This document shows positions 1-9,834 of a stretch of 38,144 bases of DNA, in pieces. Below the pieces are notes generated by a model that saw only the letters and a list, made by a program, of their open reading frames with translations, made no database searches and was not told where the DNA came from. The first letter of the stretch is position 1; each line of letters starts with the position of its first letter. The DNA is from Deltaproteobacteria bacterium. GTDB lineage: Bacteria > Bdellovibrionota > UBA1018 > UBA923. The stretch is from positions 1 through 38,144 of the forward strand of contig JACQAW010000260.1 of the NCBI GenBank assembly GCA_016194725.1, written 5' to 3'. Made by a program: the position numbers and the translations under genes.

Positions 1-2
1 TT

Positions 3-746
3 TCGCTGCTGTGGCAGCTGGCGCGGCGCCGGCTGGGGCGCTGGCCTGGCGCCGCCCTGACGCTAGGTGCTTATCTGGCCGTCGACCACGCCACTGCCGG
101 CGGCTACGTCGATGGCCTGCTCATGTTTTTTCTGCTCATTGAGTTCCTTGCCTTCGCGCTGACTGGCCGCGAGCCTGAACCCGTGGCCTGGCTTGCCGCA
201 ATGGCCGCGAGCCTGATTAAGGCCGAGGGAGTTATTCTAGCGGGAATTATCGCGGCGGTGTTCACGACATTTCGTTCGCGGCGCGGTCTGCGGCCATTTT
301 TACTTTTCCTTCCGGCCTTGCTGCACAAATTCTGGATAGCCAGGCTGGGCATCGACAGCATGCTGAAAGGCAAAACCCTGGACGACGCGATCATTGATTT
401 TTTTCCCCGGCTGCAAACGGCGCTGGGGCTTGCACCCGAGCTTTGGGCAGGCCAAGGTTACACCCGGCTTCGCGCCCTGCTTTGGGATGGCCTTTGCGGA
501 CTGCTGGTAACGTTTGCCATCATGGCCATTCTGCAAAAAATGAATCGGCTGGTGAAAATCGCGCTGGTAATCGTACTCTTGCAGCTCGCCTTTGCTTTCA
601 GCTCGATCAGCATGCTGCCCGAAGAGGTAAGCTGGTTCGTGGGCACCGCCCTTGATCGCCTGCTGCTGCATCCGGCGGCCTTACTGACCATTTTGCCGTT
701 TTTGTTCCTGGCGACGCAAAAGGGGGAGAATGCAAAAACCCGTTGA
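3..746 (+). CDS. Polytopic inner-membrane protein, C-terminal part (5' end lies upstream of window)
   Basis: Frame 3 is open from base 3 (SLLWQLARRRLG...) and runs into the listed 123..746 ORF. It has several hydrophobic helices. Its stop overlaps the next membrane glycosyltransferase gene by 17 nt. Family not recognisable by eye. Confidence 0.5.
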   Translation, partial: SLLWQLARRRLGRWPGAALTLGAYLAVDHATAGGYVDGLLMFFLLIEFLAFALTGREPEPVAWLAAMAASLIKAEGVILAGIIAAVFTTFRSRRGLRPFLLFLPALLHKFWIARLGIDSMLKGKTLDDAIIDFFPRLQTALGLAPELWAGQGYTRLRALLWDGLCGLLVTFAIMAILQKMNRLVKIALVIVLLQLAFAFSSISMLPEEVSWFVGTALDRLLLHPAALLTILPFLFLATQKGENAKTR

Positions 747-2547
747 GCGTACGCTGCTCGTGCTGCTTGCGGTGCTGCTGCTGTTCCTGTTTGGCGTGGC
801 TCTGAGCCTGGGTATCGACATGTACGATACTTACGAAATTTTTCTTAACGCCAAGACCCTCGCGGGCGAGGTGAACAGCTGGTATTTTCCCACGCGCGCG
901 TACGTGATGCCATTGGTTTTCTCGCCCGTCTTTGCCCTGGCGAAGCACGTTGCCGACGACGCTCCCAGCTTTGCCCTTACCGCCTGCCACCTGGTTTCGA
1001 TGCTGCTTTCAACCGCCCTGGCATGGGCGGCCTACCGTATTTTTCGATTTCATCTGGGTCGCCTGTACTCCCTGCTGGGCGCCGCGCTTTTGATGTTCAA
1101 TCCCCTGATTATCCATGCCGCGCCGATATCGAAGGAAGATATTCCGGGCGCGCTGTTGACCACCTGGACCTTTTATTTTTATCTGCGCTATTGGAGGTCG
1201 GGTCGGCTGAAGTATGGGCTGCTGACCGCGCTGTTCGTAATGCTTACGATGGGCACCCGGTACAACGTCATTCCGCTGTTGCCGATTATCATGGCCGCGC
1301 ACGAGCTGCTGAAACCTCGCGGCAAGCTGCGGCTCGCCGACTTCGCGCGCAAGGCCGCGCTGCTCACGGTCGCGCCCACGCTGCTTTGGATTCTCATTCC
1401 CAGCTTGCTCTACTTTTTCATCGGACGAGCTGAGTTTCTTGATGCCCCCGGCATGTTTCTGCACGAGCTGTACCAGGCCTCGGTGGGTGCGGTGGGGTCT
1501 GAGATGGGCTATCCCGAGTATCCCTGGGAAAACGTGGTTTTCCTGATTCGCTCTTGCAGTATTCCGATTTCAGCGCTGACCATCTGGGGAATGGCCGGCA
1601 GCTGGCGCAGACAAACGCCCGGCGCGCTTTTTCATGGGCTTTGGCTGGGCATTTTCCTGGCTTTTCACTCGTTCGCCCTGGGTCATAAAGAAGCCCGCTA
1701 TCTGTTCTGCCTGTTTCCGCCCGTATATTTTTTCGCCCTCCTGGGCATGAAGAATCTCATGCGGCCCGGCGCCAGGCGCTCGACCCAGCTTGCAATGCTT
1801 GCCGCGGTTTTTACCTGGCCGCTTTACAACGCCGGTGCCGAATGCGCGAAGTTCTTTGACCCATTTTACCGTAACAACTTCGCCCGCGAAATCAGCCGCT
1901 ACGCCGCGTCTATCGCCGGAGAGCACGAGATTCGGTGGCTGGGCCCGTTTTATGCCATTCATCCGAAGCAGTACGTCTTCGACGTCGAAGACGAGGTCAC
2001 GTATCTTTATCACGTCTACATTCATACGGTGAACTACTACACCGGCAAGCCCATGTACGCGACTACGCGGAAAATCGAGCTCTCGGCCCTGGGTAGCGCC
2101 GAGCAAGGCCTTTTTCCGCAAGGGCAGTACGGCTCGCTGCTATCCGAAGGCGAAGCCGTTATTCTGAATCCTGAAATCAATCCCTACGTCACCAAATCGG
2201 TACCCAAGGTGCTCAAGCCGCTGGTCGTCGAGCGCTCGCACGTCATGAACTTCACGCCCGGCGCAGGCGGCGTGTTTCAAGCTGCGCAGCCGTTCGACGC
2301 GCAAATTGCGGTCAAGGCCACCATCGCCGGCATGGAATTCAAAACGAGCGGCCTGCCAAAAAGCGTATTCCAGGTTTTTGCCCTGCTGTCTGACGGCAAG
2401 ACCGCGACGGCCGGATTGGTCGACTCGCGCAAGGGCGAGCAGACGATTCTGATACCCAAGAACATTTTGCCTAGCGGCACGACCGCAACCAAAGTCTGGC
2501 TGCTGTCATTTGACTCGGTAAAACTGTTCTCGATTCCCACGGAATGA
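730..2547 (+). CDS. GT-C-fold membrane glycosyltransferase (ArnT/PMT-like), putative
   Basis: 605 aa with roughly ten N-terminal TM helices and a soluble C-terminal domain of about 230 aa. The acidic first-loop motif GIDMYDTYEIF resembles the DExxY-type loop of polyprenyl-phosphate-sugar-dependent GT-C enzymes. It lies next to an ArnC/GtrB-like GT2. Confidence 0.55.
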   Translation: MQKPVERTLLVLLAVLLLFLFGVALSLGIDMYDTYEIFLNAKTLAGEVNSWYFPTRAYVMPLVFSPVFALAKHVADDAPSFALTACHLVSMLLSTALAWAAYRIFRFHLGRLYSLLGAALLMFNPLIIHAAPISKEDIPGALLTTWTFYFYLRYWRSGRLKYGLLTALFVMLTMGTRYNVIPLLPIIMAAHELLKPRGKLRLADFARKAALLTVAPTLLWILIPSLLYFFIGRAEFLDAPGMFLHELYQASVGAVGSEMGYPEYPWENVVFLIRSCSIPISALTIWGMAGSWRRQTPGALFHGLWLGIFLAFHSFALGHKEARYLFCLFPPVYFFALLGMKNLMRPGARRSTQLAMLAAVFTWPLYNAGAECAKFFDPFYRNNFAREISRYAASIAGEHEIRWLGPFYAIHPKQYVFDVEDEVTYLYHVYIHTVNYYTGKPMYATTRKIELSALGSAEQGLFPQGQYGSLLSEGEAVILNPEINPYVTKSVPKVLKPLVVERSHVMNFTPGAGGVFQAAQPFDAQIAVKATIAGMEFKTSGLPKSVFQVFALLSDGKTATAGLVDSRKGEQTILIPKNILPSGTTATKVWLLSFDSVKLFSIPTE

Positions 2548-2571
2548 TTCGTGTTAACCTGAACATGGACC

Positions 2572-3537
2572 ATGGATATCACCGTAATCTTGCCCGTATT
2601 CAACGAGCGCGATAACATACGCCCTCTGCTGTCCGAAATCGAACAGGCGCTGGCGCCGATTCATCGCAGCTATGAAATCATCGCCGTCGACGATGGCAGC
2701 CGCGACGGCAGCGCGCAGCTGCTCGAAGAGCTGGCACGCGAGAAGCCGAATCTGAACGTAGTCTTCCTGCGACAGAACTTTGGCCAGGCTGCGGCCTTCG
2801 ACGCGGGCTTTCGCCACGCCTCTGGCCGTATTATCGTCACCATGGACTCGGATTTGCAGAACGACCCGCTGGATATTCCGAAAATGATTCGCGTGCTCGA
2901 AGAAGGCAGCGATTTTGTTTCGGGCTGGCGGAAAAAGCGCCAGGACGGTTTTTTTCTGCGCACGGTGCCGTCGCGCGTGGCGAATTGGCTGATTCGCCTG
3001 GTTACCAAAACCAAGGTTCACGATCTGGGTTGCTCGCTGAAAGTATACCGCCGCGAAATCACCGACGAGCTCAAGCTCTATGGCGAGATGCACCGGTTCA
3101 TTGCCGTGCTGGTGGAATCATTCGGTGCACGCGTGGCCGAGGTTGAGGTGAACCACCGCCCGCGGCACGCGGGAGTGTCCAAGTACGGCATTCTGCGCAC
3201 CTTCAAGGTATTGCTCGACCTGATCACGGTGTGGTTCATGCGCGGCTACAACACCAAGCCCATTTATCTTTTTGGCGGCGCCGGCGTGGCCATGCTGGGC
3301 TTCAGTGTTTTAAGCTCGGCTTACGTGCTCTACGAAAAATTCCACAACGACGTTTGGGTGCACAAGAACCCGCTTTTCATCATCTCGATGATCTTCGGCC
3401 TGGTGGGCGTGCAGTTCATCGGCATGGGAATCATAGCCGAGCTGATCATTCGCACCTATTACGAGTCGCAGTACAAATCGAGCTACTCGATTTCACGCAC
3501 CTTGGGCTTTGCGACGCGAAAATGTGTGGAATTGTAG
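2572..3537 (+). CDS. Polyprenyl-phosphate glycosyltransferase, GT2 family (ArnC/GtrB/Dpm1-like)
   Basis: ILPVFNE, AVDDGSRDGS, DSDLQND (DxD) and RHAGVSKYG motifs plus two C-terminal TM helices: the classic ArnC/GtrB architecture. Confidence 0.9.
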   Translation: MDITVILPVFNERDNIRPLLSEIEQALAPIHRSYEIIAVDDGSRDGSAQLLEELAREKPNLNVVFLRQNFGQAAAFDAGFRHASGRIIVTMDSDLQNDPLDIPKMIRVLEEGSDFVSGWRKKRQDGFFLRTVPSRVANWLIRLVTKTKVHDLGCSLKVYRREITDELKLYGEMHRFIAVLVESFGARVAEVEVNHRPRHAGVSKYGILRTFKVLLDLITVWFMRGYNTKPIYLFGGAGVAMLGFSVLSSAYVLYEKFHNDVWVHKNPLFIISMIFGLVGVQFIGMGIIAELIIRTYYESQYKSSYSISRTLGFATRKCVEL

Positions 3538-5396
3538 GCTACGTTCAGCGTGAACGCGATTTAGAGACCGTGCATCTCATGATGAAACGCGTGCGGCATC
3601 GCGGCCCCGATGGCGCAGGCGAGTGGTTTAGCGAGCGCGAAGGCTGGCACGTAGGGCTCGGACACCGACGCCTCTCGGTCATCGACCTCAAAGGCGGCCA
3701 TCAACCCATGGCCAACGAAGACGGATCGCTGGTGATTACCTACAACGGCGAAATTTACAACTTCGCCGCCCTGCGCTCGCGGCTTGAAGAGCAGCAACAT
3801 GGTTTTAGCACGAAGAGCGACACAGAGGTCGTGATTCACCATTTTGAGCAGCATGGGCCGTCCGGGCTGACCGACCTGAATGGCATGTTCGCTTTTGCCA
3901 TCTGGAATCAGGATACGGGAGAGCTGACGCTGGCGCGTGATCGCGCCGGAATCAAACCTCTTTATTTCGCGGCTCTGCCCGAGGGCGGAATTCTTTTTGC
4001 CTCAGAGCTTTCGGCCCTGCTGGCTCATCCGGCCTGCCCCACGAAGCTTAGCGTCGAGGGCCTGGCCCAGTACTTTTTTTCCGATTACGGCCGCCCCCCC
4101 GACACGGTGATCGACGGCATCTCGCGGTTGGCGCCGGGCGAGTACATCGTCTGGCGCGACGGCGTGATTTCCGAAGGCCGGCGGTTCTGGAATCTGCGCG
4201 AAGCGCGACCTCGCGCGCCTTTGATGGGACAGGGCGAGCTGGCCTTTGAGCTTTGGGACTGCCTGAGCCGGGCCGTGAAGCGGCAGCTCGTGGCCGACGT
4301 TCCTGTCGGTGTTTTTCTGAGCGGTGGCATCGATTCATCTGTGGTGGCGGCATTGGCGCAGGCCCATTCCGCTCGCCCGATTCGCACGTTTTCAATCGCC
4401 TTTGAAGACTCGGGCTTCGATGAAAGCGCGCATGCCCGCGCGGTCGCCGGTTTTTTGAAAACGCAGCACACCGAAGAGGTGCTGACTGAATCGCTGCTGC
4501 TCACGACAATCGACGCCGCCCTGAGCGCGCTGGACGAGCCTCTGGGCGACCCGTCATTTCTGCCAACCTACTTGCTGTCGAAGCTTGCGGCCCAGCACGT
4601 GAAAGTCGTGCTGGGTGGCGACGGCGGCGACGAGCTTTGGGCGGGGTATCCCACCTATCGCGCGCACGGCTATGCGCTGCTGTACCAAAATATTCCCAGC
4701 GTGCTGCGAAAGCTGCTTATCGACAAGGCCGTGGCACGGCTGCCCGTGAACGACGGCTATCAGTCGTTCGAATGGAAAGCCAAGCGCTTCGCCCTGCGCT
4801 GGGACAATGACCTGCTTGCACGCCACCTGCGCTGGATGTCGAGCACCGACCTGCCTGATCTTAAACTGGCTGTTCCGCAGCTTCGCGAGCCGGCCAGGGC
4901 AGAGCGCGACCAGCTGGCATTTGCGTCAGACCAGCTGAACTCGCTGCTGGCTCTTGATTTTACGACTTACCTGCCAGGTTCGGTGCTGACGAAAGTGGAC
5001 CGCGCCTCGATGGCTCACGGCCTCGAGGTACGCCCGCCGCTGCTTGACAATGAGCTCATCGACTACGCCTTCGGTTTGCCATCGCGCTTCAAGCTTCGTG
5101 ATGGCACGGGCAAATACCTCTTCAAACTCGCGGCGCGCTCGCACCTGCCCGAAAACATCATCCATCGTCCCAAAAAGGGTTTTGCGATTCCTCTGGCGCG
5201 TTGGCTGCGCGGGCCGCTTGCAACTCGCCTCAACGGCATTCTTGAGGACTCGCCCGTGTGGAATGCGGGCATACTGAAGCGCAACACCTTTGTCGCCTGG
5301 CAGCGCAGTCATCAAAGCCGGCGCGAAGACCGTTCGCGTCCGCTTTGGGCGCTGCTGGTACTCGATGCCTGGATGAGAAAGAACCTCCCCTCATGA
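3522..5396 (+). CDS. asnB: Asparagine synthetase B-type glutamine amidotransferase
   Basis: Starts MCGIVGY (Cys2 Ntn nucleophile) and has the SGGIDSS PP-loop; 624 aa. ATG 3522 is preferred to the 3231 ORF start, whose extra 97 codons overlap the GT2 gene and look non-coding. Overlaps the upstream gene by 16 nt and the downstream gene by ATGA. Confidence 0.9.
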   Translation: MCGIVGYVQRERDLETVHLMMKRVRHRGPDGAGEWFSEREGWHVGLGHRRLSVIDLKGGHQPMANEDGSLVITYNGEIYNFAALRSRLEEQQHGFSTKSDTEVVIHHFEQHGPSGLTDLNGMFAFAIWNQDTGELTLARDRAGIKPLYFAALPEGGILFASELSALLAHPACPTKLSVEGLAQYFFSDYGRPPDTVIDGISRLAPGEYIVWRDGVISEGRRFWNLREARPRAPLMGQGELAFELWDCLSRAVKRQLVADVPVGVFLSGGIDSSVVAALAQAHSARPIRTFSIAFEDSGFDESAHARAVAGFLKTQHTEEVLTESLLLTTIDAALSALDEPLGDPSFLPTYLLSKLAAQHVKVVLGGDGGDELWAGYPTYRAHGYALLYQNIPSVLRKLLIDKAVARLPVNDGYQSFEWKAKRFALRWDNDLLARHLRWMSSTDLPDLKLAVPQLREPARAERDQLAFASDQLNSLLALDFTTYLPGSVLTKVDRASMAHGLEVRPPLLDNELIDYAFGLPSRFKLRDGTGKYLFKLAARSHLPENIIHRPKKGFAIPLARWLRGPLATRLNGILEDSPVWNAGILKRNTFVAWQRSHQSRREDRSRPLWALLVLDAWMRKNLPS

Positions 5397-6181
5397 GAAC
5401 AATGCTCGACCTTACCCTGGGAATCCCCACCTTCAACTCTGGCCGCTACCTGGATGACATTTTCAAATCGATCGAAACGCAGTCGCACGTACCCCAGTGC
5501 ATTCTCTTCACCGACAACTGCTCGTCAGACGACACGCGGGAAAAAATCGACGGCTTTCGACGGCGTAACCCCGACCTCTACGTCCGGCTATACGTAAACG
5601 AGGCGAATCTGGGCATTCACGGCAACTACAACCGGCTAATCGAGCGCGCTTTCGATAGCACGTGGTTGCAGATTCTGGACTCGGACGATTATTTTTTGGG
5701 CGACTACTTCGCACGCCTCGAAAGCCGTCTGAACACCAAGGCCGAAGTGATTGTAACTTCGATGCGGACCAACTCCGCGGTAGTTAACGTTTACGTCGCG
5801 CTTTTCGAATCGGTTTTTTCAGGCCGTCCCATTCCACCGTTCGTTCAGGTGCTGGGTTCGGCCTGCACCCGTTCTTCGCTGATTTATCGCACGGCACTGA
5901 TCAAAAATCGGATGTTCATCGATCCCATTTTCGACGGCTCGGACATCATACACGCCGATGCCTTCATGGGCCGGAACGAATATCACCCGGATTGCCGCGT
6001 ATTCTATCGCATTCATGCCACAAGCGCGACCACCAGGCTCGAAAGGGACTCCACGCGTGCACGCGAACAACATGAACGCTATCTGGGTTACGTGAACGGC
6101 CTGAACGCCACTCGTCGCCTGGGATACAAATTTGACTTTGTCCTGCGCAAAAAAATCAGCGGCCTGCTACGCCTGCGCTGA
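5393..6181 (+). CDS. Glycosyltransferase family 2 (soluble)
   Basis: LTLGIPTFNSGRYL, TDNCSSDDT and LDSDDYF (DxD) motifs. Start MRTML at 5393 forms an ATGA overlap with the asnB stop. Confidence 0.8.
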   Translation: MRTMLDLTLGIPTFNSGRYLDDIFKSIETQSHVPQCILFTDNCSSDDTREKIDGFRRRNPDLYVRLYVNEANLGIHGNYNRLIERAFDSTWLQILDSDDYFLGDYFARLESRLNTKAEVIVTSMRTNSAVVNVYVALFESVFSGRPIPPFVQVLGSACTRSSLIYRTALIKNRMFIDPIFDGSDIIHADAFMGRNEYHPDCRVFYRIHATSATTRLERDSTRAREQHERYLGYVNGLNATRRLGYKFDFVLRKKISGLLRLR

Positions 6182-7060
6182 CTAATCGGCCTGCGCCGCA
6201 AATCCTTCGCTTCGGTGCGCGACGACTTTCCAGGTCGGGTCGATGTACAAGTTGAAGCGTGGGCGAAACTGGGTATCAGACTCAGGTTTTGCGCCAATAA
6301 TCGCTTCCGCGAACTTCTGCTCGACCGGAAAGGCGGTTACGAGGCGATGCTTTTTCGCATCGACCACTTCGTACATCAGCAGCTTCACGTCGTTGGTTTC
6401 CTGGCCCGGCAGCGCAAGCAGATTGATAAGATGAGTTGAGATAGTAAGCTCTTTTTCCACGCCCTCTGCCGTTCGCCATTTCACGTGTTCGCTCACACTG
6501 CCGGCCGACTTCGTCCTGGGCACAAGCCGAGCAGCGGTTGGCAGCGAAGCCTTTGCTCCGATGAACTCGAGCAAAACTGCCGTGACGTTGGACAAAAATT
6601 CGCCTTCCCGGGTGAAGGGGCTGAATACCCCGGCTTTCAAGCCCAGGCGCTCATCCAGGCGCGACTCAATCCAACGCTTGCCCTTCAATCCATATGCCGT
6701 TTTGAGTTGCGAAAAAAGATAACCATAAGAATGCATCAGCCCTGCAGGCACATGCACCACGCCCACCGTTACGGAATGACCAATTCCCAAAGCATCCATG
6801 ACCTTTTCGGGAAGAATATAGGCCTTGGCCAGGTCGTCAAACGGTGTCGAGTCGGTCCAGTGCGCAAGCGACACCGCCGACGCGATTTTCAGATTTCGAG
6901 AAAACCGCGGAATGGCGTCTTCAAGCTGAGTGGCGGTGGCACCTTTGAGCAGCCGGTCATGAAGTTGAGTGAACGTTTCATAGCTCAGCACGGAAGTGGC
7001 TCCAAAACAGGTGACCGTGAGGAGGAAAAATCGGAGGAACATATGACTTTTACTAACCAT
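6182..7060 (-). CDS. Secreted protein of unknown function
   Basis: 292-aa ORF with an N-terminal signal peptide (MFLRFFLLTVTCFGATSVLS). No family recognised. Its stop codon directly abuts the convergent GT2 stop, leaving no intergenic base. Confidence 0.6.
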   Translation of the reverse strand: MVSKSHMFLRFFLLTVTCFGATSVLSYETFTQLHDRLLKGATATQLEDAIPRFSRNLKIASAVSLAHWTDSTPFDDLAKAYILPEKVMDALGIGHSVTVGVVHVPAGLMHSYGYLFSQLKTAYGLKGKRWIESRLDERLGLKAGVFSPFTREGEFLSNVTAVLLEFIGAKASLPTAARLVPRTKSAGSVSEHVKWRTAEGVEKELTISTHLINLLALPGQETNDVKLLMYEVVDAKKHRLVTAFPVEQKFAEAIIGAKPESDTQFRPRFNLYIDPTWKVVAHRSEGFAAQAD

Positions 7061-7124
7061 AAGCCAATGTAATTACAATGCTATTATCATGATGCTTTAA
7101 TGCTGCGCCGTGTTATAAGACGGC

Positions 7125-8357
7125 ATGCGAACACGATCCGGCGTCTGGACCATGGCTCTCGCTTTTCTGTGCTTCATTTCGACGCTTTCGCACGCCCAAG
7201 CCGACACTCTTGCGCCCACCAATCTTCCCACAGTTGCGGCCGCCGATGATTTTGCAAAAGAGCTCGTGGATGGACTCAAGAAACAAGCCGCCGCCGATCC
7301 GGCTTCGGCCAAAGACCCTATACTCATCATGCACGTGGGCCGCGAACTTCCAGCACAGCTGAAATGGATTGTGGCGCATCTTGAGAAGGCGCACATTGCT
7401 TATCAAATAGACCTGGTCGAACAAGGCGAGGTCGACGCCGCGCTGGCCGATGCGCGCGACAACGCGGTTCAAGCCACGAGTCTGCTCAACTACGGCGAAG
7501 GCCCCGGCCTCGCTGCAAGCCAAAAGGCCGTGCGCGGAGCGTGGCAGAACGCGAAGTTTTTGAGTCGCCGAATATTTGGCCTGCCCAATGGATTTACGGT
7601 CTGGACCAAACTCAGACGCACCTCAAAGCAAAAGCTGGGCGAAGCCGGAACTTCGCTGATGCAAGGCGGAATTGCCGGCTTGTCGCTCGGATTTAGCCTG
7701 TATCTGGCCCAAACCCAGGGTGCGACCGTGCACATCGCGCCGGCCGTGGCCGCCTTGTTTACCTGGGTTGCCGTGAACGGCTACTGGGGCCGCCAGCTTG
7801 CCGACGTACAAAGCCAAGGCGCCACCGTAACCGAAACCAAGCCCGGCGTGTTTAAAGTGCGCAAAGGCCAGGCCTTCTTTCTGCTCACTGCGGCGATTCG
7901 TTCCTTCATCACGAATTTCCTGGTTGTCGGAAGCGCCTTTGGCTTCGACCAGCTTTTAACCGCCAAAGGCATTGAAACCAATGTCGAGAACACTGCGGTG
8001 AACCTCGTTGCCCGTTCGTGGATCGATCAATGGATCAACAGTCATCAGGCCACGACGCTTCCGGATGGAAGCATCGTGATCAAAGAAGGGCAGTGGAGCC
8101 CGAAAAAAACCATTGCCATCAACACCCTTTGGAACGTCGCCTATGGCTTGCTCAAGAACATGCACCTGCTCAACCTGGGTTCGGCGGCCAAGTGGACCTA
8201 CGTGGTCATGGGCGTAACCGGCGCGCTCAAAATGGTTTACGACGAACGTTACTGGTTCAAGCACAAGTGGGAACGCCTGGCCGCGGCCTTTCACAGCGCG
8301 GCAGCCGACCAATGCGAGTCGCTGCTCATTCGCAAAAGCGCCTTGTCGGTAAAGTAG
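7125..8357 (+). CDS. Exported membrane protein of unknown function
   Basis: 410 aa with a signal peptide (MALAFLCFISTLSHAQA), an exported domain of about 150 aa, then several TM helices (GIAGLSLGFSLYLA, APAVAALFTWVAV, FFLLTAAIRSFITNFLVVGSAFGF). No family recognised. Confidence 0.6.
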   Translation: MRTRSGVWTMALAFLCFISTLSHAQADTLAPTNLPTVAAADDFAKELVDGLKKQAAADPASAKDPILIMHVGRELPAQLKWIVAHLEKAHIAYQIDLVEQGEVDAALADARDNAVQATSLLNYGEGPGLAASQKAVRGAWQNAKFLSRRIFGLPNGFTVWTKLRRTSKQKLGEAGTSLMQGGIAGLSLGFSLYLAQTQGATVHIAPAVAALFTWVAVNGYWGRQLADVQSQGATVTETKPGVFKVRKGQAFFLLTAAIRSFITNFLVVGSAFGFDQLLTAKGIETNVENTAVNLVARSWIDQWINSHQATTLPDGSIVIKEGQWSPKKTIAINTLWNVAYGLLKNMHLLNLGSAAKWTYVVMGVTGALKMVYDERYWFKHKWERLAAAFHSAAADQCESLLIRKSALSVK

Positions 8358-9670
8358 CCGCGAACCAGAGCCTCGCGATGCCGGTCTGAAAACTGCCCCG
8401 AGAGCGCGCACATCGCATCATTGGAGTCGAGCGCGTAATTAGTGAACGCGCTCAGTGCCTCGTCCCAAAATTCAGTATAGCAGTCGGGAAAACCCAGAAT
8501 ATGCCCGAACTCGTGGCGCATGACGGCCTGAGTATGCTCAAGCCACCTGGGCGTATTGGAATCCATGGTTACCACGTCGCCCGAAATAACATTCACATGC
8601 GGCAGCGCGCCGGTTTCCCACTCGATCTTCAAAGCTTCGGGCCCGGGGTCGTCGGTTGCCGTCAGCCTCACGCTCAGCTGCTCATTTCCGGCGGCGTCCC
8701 TGAAACTCCAGCCCTCGCTCACGCGCTCCTGCAGCCAGCCGAAAACATTCGCGTCGATCCCAAAAACCGGCACGCCAATAATCCGATGAATACCCAGGTT
8801 CGAAATCGTTACTCCGGTGCGCGCTTCACGCACGCCGAACTTGGCATCGAACTCACGCTGGCCTCGCTGCAGCAGCGCTTCGAGCCACTGATGCGCACTG
8901 ATTCCATTTTTAGCGATAGCCAGATTTAAAACCAAGGCCCGACATTGAGTGGCGGCCTCGCCATACGCAAGCGGGCAGACATCGGCCACCTCGGTGGTGA
9001 AGCGCTCGTGCTCCGCATCGGAAAGCTGTGCCCAGCGCGAGGTCATGGACGTGAACAACTGGCGCTTTTGCCTGAGCTTGAGCCACGGCCGAAAATCACG
9101 GTTCGCCTTGCTCATGGCCAAACGGGACTGGTAAAGCACAAGCCAGCGGCTGGCCCGGGAATAAATAGTGTGTATCTCGCGCACGGCGACCACGATGTCT
9201 TTGGCCGAAAGGTGCTCTGGCGGCATGGCGGGCAAGGCGCTGTTTGCCCGCAACACCTCGACAACCTGGGCCGGTGCGCTGGCCATGGCTTTTTTATAAC
9301 TCTCAAAAATGGTTTCGTGATTGTACACCAGCGGGGCGTCGGCAACCGGCTCGTGTCCAATGCGGTCAAGGCGTCGCCAAATCTGCTCGCGCTCGCGCGG
9401 GTTCACGTCTTTTTGCAATACATCCACCCAGTCCAGCGCGCGCGCGCCAACCCGAATTATTTCCTCCAGCGCACCTGCTCCCGGCACCGCGCGATAGGCG
9501 TAGAGCGAGCTGGGATTCAGCAGATAGCCCACATCTGGCAGACGTGCTTTGGATTGCTTTTTAGAAGTAGTCGATGACCGGTGGCCTGAGCTCGCCAGGG
9601 GTAATTCCGGCTTCGCGCAGCTTGCCAGCACTAAAGCCGCGCCTGAAACCATCAGCCAGAAAAACCGCAT
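8291..9670 (-). CDS. Metzincin-like zinc metalloprotease lipoprotein, putative
   Basis: Lipoprotein signal MRFFWLMVSGAALVLASC (lipobox LASC) from ATG 9670. The motif HEFGHILGFPD (HExxHxxGxxD) is encoded at 8483-8515. The rest of the protein is not recognisable. Confidence 0.7.
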   Translation of the reverse strand: MRFFWLMVSGAALVLASCAKPELPLASSGHRSSTTSKKQSKARLPDVGYLLNPSSLYAYRAVPGAGALEEIIRVGARALDWVDVLQKDVNPREREQIWRRLDRIGHEPVADAPLVYNHETIFESYKKAMASAPAQVVEVLRANSALPAMPPEHLSAKDIVVAVREIHTIYSRASRWLVLYQSRLAMSKANRDFRPWLKLRQKRQLFTSMTSRWAQLSDAEHERFTTEVADVCPLAYGEAATQCRALVLNLAIAKNGISAHQWLEALLQRGQREFDAKFGVREARTGVTISNLGIHRIIGVPVFGIDANVFGWLQERVSEGWSFRDAAGNEQLSVRLTATDDPGPEALKIEWETGALPHVNVISGDVVTMDSNTPRWLEHTQAVMRHEFGHILGFPDCYTEFWDEALSAFTNYALDSNDAMCALSGQFSDRHREALVRGYFTDKALLRMSSDSHWSAAAL

Positions 9671-9834
9671 CAGCAGACCCTCCAGGATGCGGGCATCCAA
9701 ACGCAGGATTCCGGGACCGTCAACTTGTTGAAATTCTCAAGAAAACCGGTCTGCTTGTGTTTCCCCAGGAATAAGCTTATCATTTCTATCGGGTATAGGT
9801 TCGGTGCCATCGCGATCAATTTTCAGGGGGGAAA

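Noticed and set aside
3231-3521. 97-codon N-terminal extension of the asnB ORF
   Set aside because: AsnB-type enzymes need Cys as the residue after the initiator Met (MCGIVG at 3522). The extension overlaps the GT2 gene in another frame and translates to Arg/His-rich nonsense.
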